Assembly (NCBI RefSeq): GCF_009914755.1
Contig: NC_060931.1
Strand: one strand, 5' to 3'
Origin: the human T2T-CHM13v2.0 reference genome, Homo sapiens
Length of the DNA stretch: 64,000 bases
The notes beneath the pieces were generated by a model that did not search any database, was not told the origin of the DNA, and was given only the letters and a program-made list of their open reading frames with translations. The translations under genes were made by a program, and so were the position numbers. Positions 14,622-30,475 of the stretch are shown in pieces (within the stretch, counting starts at the first letter, position 1; every line of letters begins with the position of its first letter).

Positions 14622-15195
14622 ATTTTGGCAGCTCCTCAATTAGTTAAACATAGAATTACCATCTGACCCAGCAATCTCATTCCTAGGTATATAACCAAAA
14701 GAAATGAAAACCGGATGTTCATATGAAAACATGCCCAAAACTATCCATAGTGGCACTACTCATGTTAGCCAAAAAGTTGAAACAACCTGAATGTCAATGA
14801 ATGAATGAATGAGTACAACAGATACTGCACATCCATAACAAAGAATGAAGTGCCCTCACATGCTACATCTACCCTCACATGCTACCTTGAAAACATTATG
14901 CTAAGTGAAAGACACCAAACACAGAAGGCCACACATTGTGTGATTCACTTAATATGAAATACTAATCCAGAGAGACAGAAAGCAGATTAGTGGTTGCCAG
15001 GAACAGGGGGAGGGAGCATAGGAAGTGATTGTGTAAGAGGCATAAGGTTTCCATCTGGGGTAATGAAAATGTTCTCGGCGATGGTTACACAACGCTGCAG
15101 ACGTACTTAGTACCGCTGACTTCTACACTTTTAAATGATTGCAATGGCACATTTTATGTTATGGGCATTTTTATCACAATAAAAAAAGAAAAAAA
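14622..15195 (+). mobile_element. L1MB-like 3' fragment
   Basis: ACATTATGCTAAGTGAAAG...AGCAGATTAGTGGTTGCCAGG...CAATAAAAAA. Confidence 0.8.
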
Positions 15196-15542
15196 ATCTA
15201 TAAACGTTTTGAACCAAAGAGGAGAGAAATAAACCCAACAAAACTGTGGCAGAAAGGCAAATCAAGGTCAAAAGCACACATGGGGCTTAAAGGTCAAGAC
15301 GAGGTGAAAAATCACCCAACAATGAGAGAATATGAAAGGTGGAGGCAGGGGGCAGGTTGGACATGGGGGAGGCACATGGAGACTGGTATGGAATGACTCT
15401 TTTTAGTGGGGACGTGGAGGGGTTGGAGAGAGACTCTGAAAACTTTGAGGTGTTCTGGGCACTGGGGCATAAGTGCGTTTGAGATTGCATTGGAGGTGAA
15501 GGTTTCTGAATCCACCAGGAACAGAAAGTTAGCAAAGGGTGA

Positions 15543-15851
<309 letters not shown>

Positions 15852-15857
15852 TTTCTG

Positions 15858-15890
<33 letters not shown>

Positions 15891-16084
15891 ACCCTTAAAA
15901 ACATTCTTGGAAGGATCCTATGATTGCACCTGCGCCCTGTTTCATTTTCTTTTGCCTAACCTGGTCCATCCCACCACCCTTCCATCCTGCCTCCTGTACC
16001 TCCCACTTCGCCGTCTATATTGGTGCCTTCCCTTCTGTAAATGAACCTGTGCTGGTCAACACCATCTTAACTAAACTCAACCTA

Positions 16085-16329
16085 CCTGGGAGATGCCACA
16101 GAGGAGGCGACATCTAAGCTGGGTCTTGAGGATGAGCATAATTTCACTTAGTGGAGAGGGGAAAGGACTTTTCAAGCAGAGGGAAGTGCAGGCTTGGGAA
16201 GGGTGTGATTTGTTTGGAGAATAGTGAGTGAGTTAAGGGTAAGCCTAGAGCAAAGAGCGTAGGTAGCAGTAGTCCTGGCTGTGAAGTAGCAATGGCCGTG
16301 TGGTAAAAAGGCTTGCTATGTTATGTTCA
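16085..16329 (-). mobile_element. L2 fragment (resumes at ~17612-17715)
   Basis: GAGGAGGCGACATCTAAGCTGGGTCTTGAGGATGAG...CAAGCAGAGGGAAG. Confidence 0.6.
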
Positions 16330-16974
16330 TGTGACGGTGGTGTCCATTCCTATCTTTCAGTGCAGTGTTTACCAGAACATTTTAGAATATTCCAACAGTA
16401 CAGAACTTGAACTCCTGCGCCCAACCCAACAAGCAACCAGGTAAATCAATGCACAGTGTCTTCAAAGTGCACATCTGGATGAAATGCTGACTCGCGTCAT
16501 GGCCAAGGAGTTTACTGGACAATACCTCCTTCCAGAGGAACTCTGGTGGAGACACAGGTGCTCACCTGCACAAGTATGTCCTTGAGCATGGTATTGGCTT
16601 GGCCCTTTGTTTCAGACTTCTATTCTGGGCATAAGCATAAGGCTACTTAGCATATTCTTTTCCCTCTGAATCTGGGCCCCAGCTCCTTCTAGGCCACTTG
16701 CAGATGGCACAATGTAAGATCTGCATGGGTTGGGTTTCTGCTACCTTAAAAAACTCTGGCCCCCATCCCCGCTCCCTGCCAACCACTTTCCTTCCTCAGA
16801 GGCTCTTGAACCTGAAGAGGCTCATTTCAGGTTCTTTACCAAACAAAAGAACTTGTTTGCCTCTGGTTGGTGACCTAGACCTTCAAAACATAATGGCTTC
16901 TTTACACATACTATGTTTGAAAGAAAGGACACATCCAGAGGGCAGCTCCCCATTTCAGATTTTAAATTCAAAAT

Positions 16975-17554
<580 letters not shown>

Positions 17555-17725
17555 TGACTGAAGTAGAGATCAAAGCACAGTTTTCACTGTCAACAGGAAT
17601 GCTGCTATCCCAGGGAATTTAGAGTTTATCTTGTAGCAAATGGAAAACCGTTGAAGATTTTAAAGGACAGCAGTGACAGAATTATATAACAAAGAATTCT
17701 GATGGTCACTTAGAGCAAGGCTCAA

Positions 17726-18343
17726 GGGTCAGCAAGAGTTTTTTTTTTTTTTTTTGTCAAGGGTCCCATTGTAAATGTTTTCACCTTTCCAGGCATATGG
17801 TCTGATATGGTTTGCTCTGTGTCCCTGCCCAAATCTCATGTCCAATTGTAGTTTCCAAAGTTGGGGGAGGGACCTGGTGGGAGATGACTGCATCATGGGA
17901 GCGGATTTCCTCTTTTCTCTTCTAGTGATAGTGAGTAAGTTCTCATGATATCTGGTTGTTTGAAAGTGTGTAGCACTTGTCCCTTTCCTCTCTCTCTCCT
18001 GTCACCATGTGAAGATGTGCCTGCTTCCCCTTCACCTTCCGCCATGATGGTAAGTTTCCTGAGGCCTCTCAGCCATGCTTACTGTACAGCCTGCAGAACT
18101 GTGAGTCAATGAAACCTCTTTTCTTCATAAGTTACCCAGTTTCAATTAGTTCTTTATAGCAGTGTGAGAACAGACTAATATACACAGTCTCTGTCACACC
18201 TCCTCTTCTACGCTGTTATAGCATGAAAGCAGCCATAGACAATATGTAAATGAATGAGTGTGGCTGTGTTTCAATAAAGCTTTATTTATAAAAAATAGGC
18301 TACAGGCTGGATTTGGCCTGAGAGCTATAGTGTGTAAGCCCTG
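17726..18343. mobile_element. MER58A hAT relic interrupted by an MST/THE1 LTR
   Basis: GCAGCCATAGACAATATGTAAATGAATGAGTGTGGCTGTGTT...AATAAA. Confidence 0.8.
17803..18184 (+). mobile_element. MSTA/THE1D-like MaLR solo LTR
   Basis: TGATATGGTTTG...GACTAATATACA; 5-bp TSD TGGTC/CAGTC. Confidence 0.9.
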
Positions 18344-18396
18344 GTACAGGATGGATGGGAGAAGATGAAGGTTAGAAACATAGGAAGCAATAAAGC

Positions 18397-18905
18397 TATA
18401 GCAGACATCTGTTTTGTTTTGTCATGTTTTGTTTTCATGGTTGTCCAGACTCTACTCACTTTTTCTGGGTAATGGTACCTTAGTTTTCCACTAAAAAAAT
18501 TCTGTCTACCACTGTTAGCCCATGTTCTTCAGGTGCAACTGAGTGCACATTCATTTCAGCACAGGCATGTGACCAAGGCTTGCATAATTGGAGTATTGCA
18601 TTTTCCTGGCCATAGTGATTGACACATTGAAAGTCCTGGAATCCAGTCAGAGTGAATGAGATGGGAGCAGAGACATACTCTCATTCATGGGCCTGACCCT
18701 AGGAGGACATGATCGTGGAGCTTTGGCTGACATCTTGCCATTAAGTGAAGCTTAAGACTGAAACCAACACATGGAAGCAACAGGCACATCTGAGAGCTAG
18801 ACAGGTATATCTTAAAATTGGAGGAGTACTGACTTCATGATTGATTTTTCCAAAGGTGTCTTCCATTATCTTTTGGGTCTAGACGATCCTTTGCTCAAGC
18901 AAACC
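18397..18905 (+). mobile_element. MLT1K-like MaLR LTR
   Basis: GCATGTGACCAAGGC...CCTGGCCATAGTGATTG motifs. Confidence 0.55.
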
Positions 18906-18910
18906 CATCA

Positions 18911-19322
<412 letters not shown>

Positions 19323-19829
19323 TCAGCTGCTCTAGGTGATTGGGAAAGGTGTGCAGGTGTCATAATGGGAGGGACACTGCTCTAGGTTTTGTCCTGCAGA
19401 GAACTGTTGCATCTGTAAGCAGGGTTTGAGCTGTATTTATACTCAAATAATCATGTTTTCTCATGAAAAGACATAGGAGATTTTAGGTACGGGGATGGGG
19501 TGGAGAGGGATGGATGGGAGAGGCTTGACTCATGCCTATCCATGGGACCTAGAAGCTGAGAACAGCTTTCATGAGGGGTTGTGTGAGATTCTAGGTGAGT
19601 CATTCTGCTTCAGAGGCCAAATGACAGAGTGAGGTTTGCAGTTATCAAGGCAGCTGTTCTTGGATTCTAGTCTTGGGAAAACTGGAGCTGGTACCATGAG
19701 ACCTTCTCAAGGAGGCTTTCTCAGTAGAGGCAGCAGAAAGGAGTGCCTGATGCAGACATCTGGGTAGAAGAACCTGAACAGCCTCCCTCCCCTCATCATG
19801 GGTCTCTCAAGAACACTCAGGGGGTTCTT

Positions 19830-20142
<313 letters not shown>

Positions 20143-20997
20143 TCAGGGGTTCTCAAAGGGCCCCTAAGTCCCTGCATGGGCAGATAGAGCTCTGCACCAT
20201 TATTATTAATGGAAATGTGACCTCAGCTTATAGATGTTGGGGATCTAAATATATCCATAAATATGGAATAACTCACACCAGAACCAGACACATTCTATAT
20301 TGTAAATGTTGAATGAACATAAGAAAGAAAACCTGTAACTAGGGGTTTTCTCTCCCAAAGGTTCATCTGTATAAGCCTGCAGCAAAACAAGTGGCAACGT
20401 GAATCCACCAAACGCCTGCAATATACGTGTCCAAGAGAGTTGCCTGCCTCTGATCATTCAAAGGGAACGTGGAAAAGGGAGAAGGACATCCCTTTCAGAT
20501 GGGAGCCGGGAGATGTTGGCCCAGGGTCCCTTTCTTCCTCCCTCCTGCAGGCAGCAACAGGTTTTAACTGCATCATAAAAGCTGGAATGTGTTGGCTCAG
20601 AGGGCTTCATAATTTGGTCACATAATTACCAGGAGAGAAGGGTTGTTGCTTTATGGTGATCCACTTCGTGGGTGTTCTTTCAATTAGCATGTAGTTCCGG
20701 GTCATCATGGAAAATGGGCGCAATGCCATGCGTTTGAGACATCTTCAAAGATGAGGCTTTATAGGCTGGCTTTCTGATTGATTTTTGTTTATTTGTTTGT
20801 TTCTGGTAATGTTGTTATATCATTCTGCGAGGCCCTAACCTTCCTCTTGATTTACCTCTTTGGAGAGTAAATGAACTTCAAAGGATGCCAGGTTCTCATT
20901 TCTGGTTCAATTCAAGCCTTTGGCTCTGACTGGTTTTCTCCATCCAAACGAAGGCTTTCACTGCGGGGGAGCTGCCAGGCTCAGAGACTCCAGGTAA

Positions 20998-21425
<428 letters not shown>

Positions 21426-21914
21426 AGAGGTCTGTTCTTTAATCTGGTGCTCCAGGGCTGCAGGGCTGTGCACCTGATAACTTCCAGACATGCTCAGAAG
21501 GTCCTTCATCAGGGCACAGGGGACTCACAGTGACTGCTGTGATACTGGGCCATCATCTCCCTGCTACCATCTAAAAGGAATGTTCTACCTTTTCCATGTT
21601 CCCGTTGAATGATCAGAGGCAGACAATTCTCTTTGAAATATATAATGCGGGCATTTGCTAGATTCACATTGCCCCTTGTTTTGCTTCAGGCTTACAGACA
21701 TGAACTTTTAGGAGAGAAAATCCCTAAAGACGAACCTTCGAGGGGGAAAGGAGAGCAGGCTACATTTTTAACCAGCTGACCAATGTAGCCAGCCCCTCTT
21801 TATTTTTATAATATGAAAAGATATTTTATTATTATTGCTTTACTATATAACATCAGTGAATACATCAGATTGCATTTTCTCAAATGACAAATGGAGAATG
21901 AGGTACATTTTCCT

Positions 21915-22090
21915 ATTTTTTAAAATTTCCAACTTTTATTTTAAGTTCAGGGGCCCATGGGCAGAATGTGCAGGTTTGTTCCATAGGTAAACGTGTGCTA
22001 CAGTGGTTTGCTGCAAAGATCATCTCATCACCTATGTATTAAGCCCAGCATCCATTAGCTATTCTTCCTGATGCTATTCTTCCTCCCACA
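21915..22090 (-). mobile_element. L1PA (L1PA13-like) 3' tip
   Basis: GTGCAGGTTTGTT...TATTAAGCCCAGCATCCATTAGCTATTCTTCCTGATGCT. Confidence 0.8.
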
Positions 22091-22131
22091 TATTTCTCTG
22101 TCATTCCCTGAAAATCTCAACATCATCTGTA

Positions 22132-22191
22132 TTTTTGTTTGTTTGTTTGTTTGTTTTTGAGATGGAGTCTCACTCTGTCGCCAGGCTGGAG
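22132..22191 (-). mobile_element. Severely truncated Alu 3' end
   Basis: (TTTG)n tail plus GAGATGGAGTCTCACTCTGTCGCCAGGCTGGAG. Confidence 0.85.
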
Positions 22192-22945
22192 TTTTTTTTT
22201 TTTTTTTTTTGAAAAAAAAACAAAAACAAGAAAACAAACTTCATCAAGCCGGAAGTAGCAGACATTTCTCTGTTTTCCTGTAAATAATTGAGGGGGAGGG
22301 GAATACAAGAAAACAGGGGTTTTTTTTTGTTTTTTTTTGTTTTTTACTAAATATTGATGTTGTAGCTGCTACTTAGAGAAGATTGCATGTGATGACTTCA
22401 ATTAGCTTCTCTTTATCTGCCTTTAGAAGCTGGTTTTTCTTTTTTTTTTTAAAGAGCAGGATTGTAGTGTGTTATTAAAACTGACAGCTCCAGTATTCAC
22501 ATTGAGCTTCTGAAGGCGTCAGGGGGAGTTCTCCTGCTCTATCAACATAATCTCCACAACAAGCATGGTGCTGATTTCAGAGGAGACCGGCAGGCATTTC
22601 TGTTTGGGCTTTCCAGGAGAAACATTCTGCGCTTCCAAAGTGGATGTTCCATCCATTGGTGCGTCCTGCACGTCCGTGTCCCTTGTAACATGGCAGAATG
22701 GAATGTGGTGGGAGAAGGGCTGAGATCTGTTGTAGGAAGAGGGAGGATTTCAGCTGGAGAAGGCCCACAAAGGCTGTCTCTGAAAAGGAATTCTAGGGAT
22801 CAGGACATCTTGGATTCACAGGGCTGCCAAGAAAAGCAACATTGAATATATCAAGTGCTTTCCATGTGACAGGTATTGTGCTTAGGGCTTGGCATGCAGG
22901 GTCTTATTTCCCACCACAATCCTGCAAGGTAAGCGTTATGATCCC

Positions 22946-23860
22946 CTGGTGCAAGCAAAATTCTAAGATCGCCCCAAGATCCCTGCTCCCTTCTGTACAT
23001 CCCCCTGTATAATATTTGGGAGTGTGAGTATGATGGATTTTATTTCCATGATTAGATGTGTTTATGGCACAGTAGACTTTAAGGAAGTGAGCTTATCAGG
23101 GTGGATCTAACCTAATCACATGAGCACATTTCATTTGTTTGTTTGTTTTTGAGATGGGGGTCTTGCTCTGTTGCTCAGGCTGGTGGGCAGTTGTGTGATC
23201 TTGGCTCACTGCAGCCTCCAATGCCTGGGCTCAAGCGATCCTCCTACCTCAGCCTCCTGAGTATCTGGGATCGCAAGCACACACCACTACGCCTGGGGTT
23301 TCAACGTGTTGCCCAGGCTGGTCTTGAATTGCTAGGCTCAAGCGATCCTTCCACCTCAGCCTCCCAAAAGTGCTTAGACTACAGGCATGGGCCACTGTGC
23401 CTACCTCAAGCATTTTTGTTTAAACATAAACATTTGGGTCTAGATGTCAGACTGGGGAATTCATAAATGCAAAGTGTGAGACGAGGTGGACATGAGGAAA
23501 ATTCTTCTGCTGGCTTTGAAGACGGGGCAGGGCACATGGCAAGAATCTGAGAGCATCCTCTTGCAGCTGAGAGAGACTCCTGGCTGGGAGCTGGGAGGAA
23601 GACAGGGACCTCAGTGCTACAGTGGCCAGGAACTAAATTTGTCAACAATCTAAATGAGCTTGGATGAGGATCTAGAGCTCCAGATGATGGTACAGCTGTC
23701 AACCCCTTGATGTTGGCTCTGTGAGATTGATCTCCCAGGCAGAGAGGCCAGCCACACTATCTGGACTTCTGATCTACAGGGCTGCGAGGCAATAAATGGA
23801 TGTTGTCTTAAGCTTCAAAGTGTGTGGTGATTTGTGACATATGACAATAGGAAAATATAT
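22946..23860 (+). mobile_element. MLT1E-like MaLR LTR containing an AluJ (- strand, 23135-23404)
   Basis: AATTCTAAGAT...CTAACCTAATCACATGAGC...AATAAATGGATGTTGTCTTAAG. Confidence 0.75.
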
Positions 23861-23863
23861 TCT

Positions 23864-24417
<554 letters not shown>

Positions 24418-24584
24418 CTAATTTAATAAAGAATTGAGGCTTAGAAAGATTTGGTTGAGTTGCCCAAAGTTACAAAGCTGGGAGGTTGAAAGTGTTGGGA
24501 TTTGAACCCAGGACAGTTGACTTGTAATTAAATGTTCTGAAACACTACCAGTGATTCTCAGGCTGGCACATGGGGAGCTTGTTC

Positions 24585-24894
24585 TTTTTTTTTTTTTTTT
24601 TGGTGGTGGTGGTGGTGTTGTTTGAGATGGAGTCACCCAGGCTAGAGTGTAGCAGCGTGATTTTGGCTCACCGCAACCTCTGCCTCCCAGATACAAGCGA
24701 TTCTCCTGCCTCAGCCTCCTAAGTGGGTGGGATTACAGGTGCACACCATGAACCCCATCTAATTTTTGTATTTTTAGTAGAGACAGTGTTTCACCATGTT
24801 GGCCAAGCTGGTCTCTAACTCCTGACCTCAAATGATCCACACACCTCAGCCTCCCAAAGTGCTAGGATTACAGGCGTGAGCCACTGTGCCTGGC
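24585..24894 (-). mobile_element. Alu (AluS)
   Basis: TSD GGGAGCTTGTTC. Confidence 0.95.
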
Positions 24895-25228
24895 TGGGAG
24901 CTTGTTCAAATGAGACTTGAACAGACCTTTTGAGGTAAGGGTATGACTGCCTCCTTTCTTCAAGGTTATGAAGCAGAGCCGGAGAGCTCCTGAACCTAAT
25001 GATAGCAAGTGTATTATTGCCTTGCTCCTGCAGAGCAACACCATGTAGAAACGATGGGGCTGGCAGAAGCATTGCAATGAGGAAGGGCCTTTATGCAGAG
25101 AAGATGCATGCACAGCGATGGTGAAAGGGACAGGCAGGCCTAAGCAGCTGGCCGCAGAGACCTGGGTGGAAGAAAAGCCTGGGTACATCCCAAGGCCTGC
25201 AGTTCTCAAGCCTGAACAGATTAGAACA

Positions 25229-25649
25229 GTTGCTAGGCCATTCTTGCATTGCTATAAAGAAATACCTGAGACTGGATAATTTGTAAAGAGGTTTACTTGG
25301 CTCATGGTTCTGCAGCCTTTACAGGAAGCGAGAAGCTGGCATGTGCTCAGCTTCTGGGGAGGCCTCAGGAAGCTTATAGTCATGGCGGAGGTGAAGGGGG
25401 AGCAGGCATGCCACATGGTGAGAGGGGGAGCAAGAACAGAGCAAGGAGGGGCTATACACTTTTAAATGACCAGATCTCACAAGAACTCACTCATTATTGC
25501 TTGGACAGTACCACGGGAGATGATGCTGAACTCTTTATGAGAAATCTACCCCCATGATCCAATCACCTCCCACCAGGCCCCAACCTCCAACATTGGGGAT
25601 TTGATTTCAACATGAGATTTGGGTAGGGACACACATCCAAACTGTATCG
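25229..25649 (-). mobile_element. MSTA-like MaLR solo LTR
   Basis: GCATTGCTATAAAGAAATACCTGAGACTGG...CATGAGATTTGGGTAGGGACAC. Confidence 0.85.
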
Positions 25650-25654
25650 AAGAG

Positions 25655-25820
25655 AATGTATTAGAATAGCCTGGAGAGCTTGAAAAATGTCCTAATGCTT
25701 AGATCACCCCTCCACGCCCCATACCAATTTACCCCAAATCTCTGGCAGTGATGCCAAGGCATCAATCCTTTTAAAATCCTCCAGGTAATTCCAATATGCA
25801 GGCAAGGTTAAGAATAACAG
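25655..25820. mobile_element. MER5-type hAT relic
   Basis: TTAGAATAGCCTGGAGAGCTT...CCAGGTAATTCCAATATGCAG. Confidence 0.6.
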
Positions 25821-25959
25821 ACCCGTCAGGTCAGCTTGGGAGGATGGGGGGCAGAAATTCAGGGAGGGGCATATTAATTCTAGCAGCTGAGATGAGAGGA
25901 GTTCTTGGGGACTTCTGTTATGCCCATTCCCACCTGGTGGCTCTAGATGCCCAGTTAGT

Positions 25960-26266
25960 CTTTTTCTTTTTAACTTATTTTTTATTTTGTAGAGACATGG
26001 TCTTGCTCTGTTGCCCAGACTGGAGTGCAGTGGCATGACCATAGCTCACTGCCGCCTTGGATTCCTGGGCTTGAGCAATCCTCCTGCCTCAGCCTCCTGG
26101 GTAACTGGAACTACAGAATGGAGCCATCATGCCTGGCTATTTTTTTTGTAGAGTCAGGGTCTTGCTATGTTGCCCTGGCTTGTCTCGAACTACTGGCCTC
26201 AAGCCATCCTCCCACTTTGGCATCCCAGAGTGCTGGGATTGCAGGCATGAGCCACTGCACCTGGCC
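25960..26266 (-). mobile_element. Alu (AluJ)
   Basis: Alu consensus. Confidence 0.9.
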
Positions 26267-26454
26267 TCAGCTGATCTTATGCTATTTTCTAAACCTTCAA
26301 TCACTGTGGTCATTTTGTTGCTTCTGGTGAATCATGGTTAAAATTCTGAGTGCGGTCAGAGACCAGTGACTGCAAATACCCATACTCTCCCAATGTGGGA
26401 CTGTTACACTCTCATTCTAGGTAGAGAAGAGTGCTTCAGGGTCTTAGAGAGCAA

Positions 26455-26623
26455 AGGTTATCACACTTGACCACTTCACAGTCACCTGAAGCCTTCTTAA
26501 AACAGACTCCTGGCCCCTACAGCTTCTGAGTGGTCAGGTCTGGATGGGGCCCAAGGGTTTGCATCTGTAATAAATTCCCAGTGGTGCCACTGCTGCTCTG
26601 GGGACACACTTTGAGCACTACTG
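26455..26623. mobile_element. MER5A relic
   Basis: AGGTCTGGATGGGGCCCAAG...TTTGCAT...ACACTTTGAGCACTACTG. Confidence 0.7.
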
Positions 26624-26656
26624 TTTAGAGCTCTATGATCTGGGTTTGCAACCAGA

Positions 26657-27015
26657 TGTATCTGCCTGCTTTCATGCTGCTGATAGAGACATATCCTAGG
26701 CTGGGAAATTTACAAAAGAAAGACGTTTAGTGGACTCATAGTTCCAGGTGGCTGGGGAGGCCTGACAATCATGGTGGAAGGTGAAAATCACGTCTCACGT
26801 GGCGGCAGACAAGAGAAGAGAGCTTGTGCAGGGAAACTCCCCTTTTCAAAACCATCAGATCTCATGAGACTTATTCACTATCATGAGACTAGCAGGGGAA
26901 AGACCCGCCCCCATGATTCAATCACCTCCCACCCAGTCCCTCCCACAACATGTGGGAATTATGAGAACTGCAATTCAAGATGAGATTTGGGTGGGGACAG
27001 AGAGAAACCATGTCA
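26657..27015 (-). mobile_element. THE1B/C solo LTR
   Basis: THE1 consensus motifs; perfect 5-bp TSD CCAGA. Confidence 0.9.
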
Positions 27016-27039
27016 CCAGAAAACCACTTGCTAGCATGA

Positions 27040-27215
27040 GACCCTGGCAAGGTCCCTTAACTTCTTTGTGGTTCAGTTTTGTCTTCTGCTGAATGTGTGT
27101 AATCCCAGTATTCATAGCATCCTGTGGTTGCATGGCTTGGACAAGATAGATAGATAGATAAATAACACTTAGCACAGTGCCTGGCACAAATAGATTCTCA
27201 ATAAATGTTAATGAT
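27040..27215 (+). mobile_element. MIR
   Basis: CACTTAGCACAGTGCCTGGCACAAATAG...CTCAATAAATGTTA. Confidence 0.7.
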
Positions 27216-27388
27216 TACTTTAGTTAGAGTTCTGGTGGCAAGTTCCAGAGACTCACTCTTAATGGTTTGAGAAAAAAAAATTTTTTAAATGGATTAGCTT
27301 ACTTAATTGTCCAGAGACTGTCTTTGCATGAGGCACAGCTAGACACCAACTCTGTGCTGGCACCAGGCATCTTTCTTTCTCACTCTCT

Positions 27389-27692
27389 TATTTATGTATT
27401 TATTTTTAAGAGCCAGGGTCTCAGTGTGTCATCCAGGCTGCAGTGCCGTGGTACAATCATAGCTCACCACAGTCCCGAGCTCCCTGGCTCAAGTGATCCT
27501 CCCTCCTCAACCTCCTGAGTAGCTGAGACTACAGGCACATGCCACCATGCCTGGCTAATTTATTTTTATTTTTTGTAGACATGAGGTCTCCCTATGTTGC
27601 CCAGGCTGGTCTCAAACTCCTGGGCTCAAGTGATCCCCTGCCTCCGCCTCCCAAAGTGCTGGGATTACAGGTGTGAGCCACTATGCCTGGTA
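27389..27692 (-). mobile_element. Alu (AluJ)
   Basis: Alu consensus. Confidence 0.9.
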
Positions 27693-27999
27693 TCTTTTCC
27701 CTCATCTTGAGTGTCATTTCAGGTGTTAGCATGGTAGTATCACACACATTAAGTAAGACCAGTGGAAGCCTCGATGCACCAGAGCAGCATGTGAGGGGAA
27801 GCCATGGGGTGTCAGATGAGTGTGGACACAGCTATGATCTGGCCTGCCCCTTATCTGCAGACAGCTCCTTGCCCTGCTCGCTGGGCAGCTGGAGATTGAG
27901 TGTAAGCAACCACCAAGACATCCTGTTGGATTCTCTAGAAGACATTATCATCTTATTTTTTTCTTGCTTTGTTAAATCATCCAGCTCAAAATGTCATTT

Positions 28000-28129
28000 T
28001 TTTCCAAAAATAGCTGGGACAGAGTCTCGCTATGTTACCCAAGCTGGTCTCTAACTCCTGGCCTGAAGGGATCCTCCATCTCAGCCTCCCAAAGTGCTGC
28101 AATTCCAGGCATGAGCCACTGTGCCCAGT
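28000..28129 (-). mobile_element. FLAM / Alu left monomer
   Basis: Single Alu arm. Confidence 0.8.
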
Positions 28130-28519
28130 CCCAGCATCTCTCTCTTGTCTCGGCCTTTCTGCTTCCTCCAGGTGAGCCTTGTTTTCAGGTAGGCTCTCCC
28201 TGCTTATTGAGGAGCATGCCCCTGGCTGGTCCTTACAGCTGTAACCCCAGGATTTTCCATCATTTCTATGCTGTGCAACATTCACTCTGCATTTGTGAAG
28301 TCAGCTTTTGAAATCAAATGAGGGAGTTAACATTTATTCCTACTCAGTTGCATCATGGTATGATTTATTTATATTTCCAGCCTCTTCAGACCTTTCTAGT
28401 TCCAGCCTATTGATGTCATTCTGGATCTTTCTTCCTCAGGTCATCCATAAATACGGATGCAAATTTTACAGCTGCAAAGTTCACTTATGTGAACACTACA
28501 TAGTGAAAAGCTCTGTGGA

Positions 28520-29439
<920 letters not shown>

Positions 29440-29730
29440 TTATTTTTTCCCAGGGATTTCTTTTTCTAAGTCCCTACAAACTACCATCTTGACTGAATTG
29501 TGTTCATTCGATCAGGATCTGGAGGTTAGCTCTGGATGAGCTGCTGCTGCCCACTGCTCTCCAGGTTGCAATAAATAATTCACCTGTGTAGAGTGCGAAA
29601 TAAGAAGAAAAGAGGAACAGGGCTGGGAACAGGGGGTCCCCTCAGGGTCTGGAAGTTAGCCCGTGATGAGCTGCCAGTGCCCACTATGAGTCTGCAAGAG
29701 TAGACTCTCCTATTTAGGACCCAATCCCTG

Positions 29731-29748
29731 TCCCAGGTTTTGGCACCA
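29731..29748 (-). other. Retroviral primer-binding site for tRNA-Phe
   Basis: TCCCAGGTTTTGGCACCA vs the tRNA-Phe(GAA) 3' end TCCCGGGTTTCGGCACCA: 16/18, both changes at CpG; 2 nt from the LTR end. Confidence 0.85.
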
Positions 29749-29750
29749 AA

Positions 29751-30093
29751 TGTTAGGATGGACAAAAGAGACAGAGGCAAGGAGAGTGGCTTGACAGCAA
29801 CACAGGCTTATTGCACAAAGACCTGAGGAGGGAGAGCACCAGCCAGTGAGCACCAGAGCCCCCTTTCTTGCTTACAGGCTGGGGCAGTTATAGGTCCTGG
29901 CTGGAGGGTTCTGGGATTGTTGCGGAATGAGGTGGGGGCAGTGTGCTGGGCTGCTGTTAAGGAAGGAATTTACTGGGTCAGCGGTTAGGCCTGGGACCTG
30001 TCCAACAGGATGTTTCTCACTGTCCGGGCCTTGGTGGAATTTTCCACTCTGTAAAAGGTGGGGATGTGCAAAATGCCGTGGCTTGGGCACACA
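29751..30093 (-). mobile_element. 5' LTR of an ERV-F-group provirus remnant (leader ~29500-29730)
   Basis: On the - strand: TG...CCTATAA...AATAAG...CCTAACA, then PBS-Phe. Exact LTR family uncertain. Confidence 0.7.
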
Positions 30094-30475
30094 AATTATT
30101 TTCTATAATTTCTCCTGGGATCCATGTTAGCTCAATTTTTCTGGAGTTTGGAGAATCTGTTTTCTAGTTTTTGGAAATGAAGATGGCATGTGCCATCTGC
30201 AAACACCTGAGGCCTCTCCTGTTATTATTTTCCTTAGCAATAATGACAGGTAACCCATGGGGCATTTGCTGTGGGCTTCACACAGAGCTAAATCTTTCAC
30301 ACTCACCACCCTGCTGGATCCTCCACCATTTTATTTTTCTTAGAAAAGCAACACAATTTTCCCAGAAAATTTGAGCATTAGATAAGTTAAGTAACATTCC
30401 CACTAAGTGAATAAAATGCTCATTTTCTAGAATGAGGAAATAGTCAAAGTGTCAAATGCTAGAGAGGTTTACTAG

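Noticed and set aside
29731-29748. tRNA-Phe gene or tRNA pseudogene
   Set aside because: Only the 3' 18 nt including CCA, positioned at an LTR end: a PBS.
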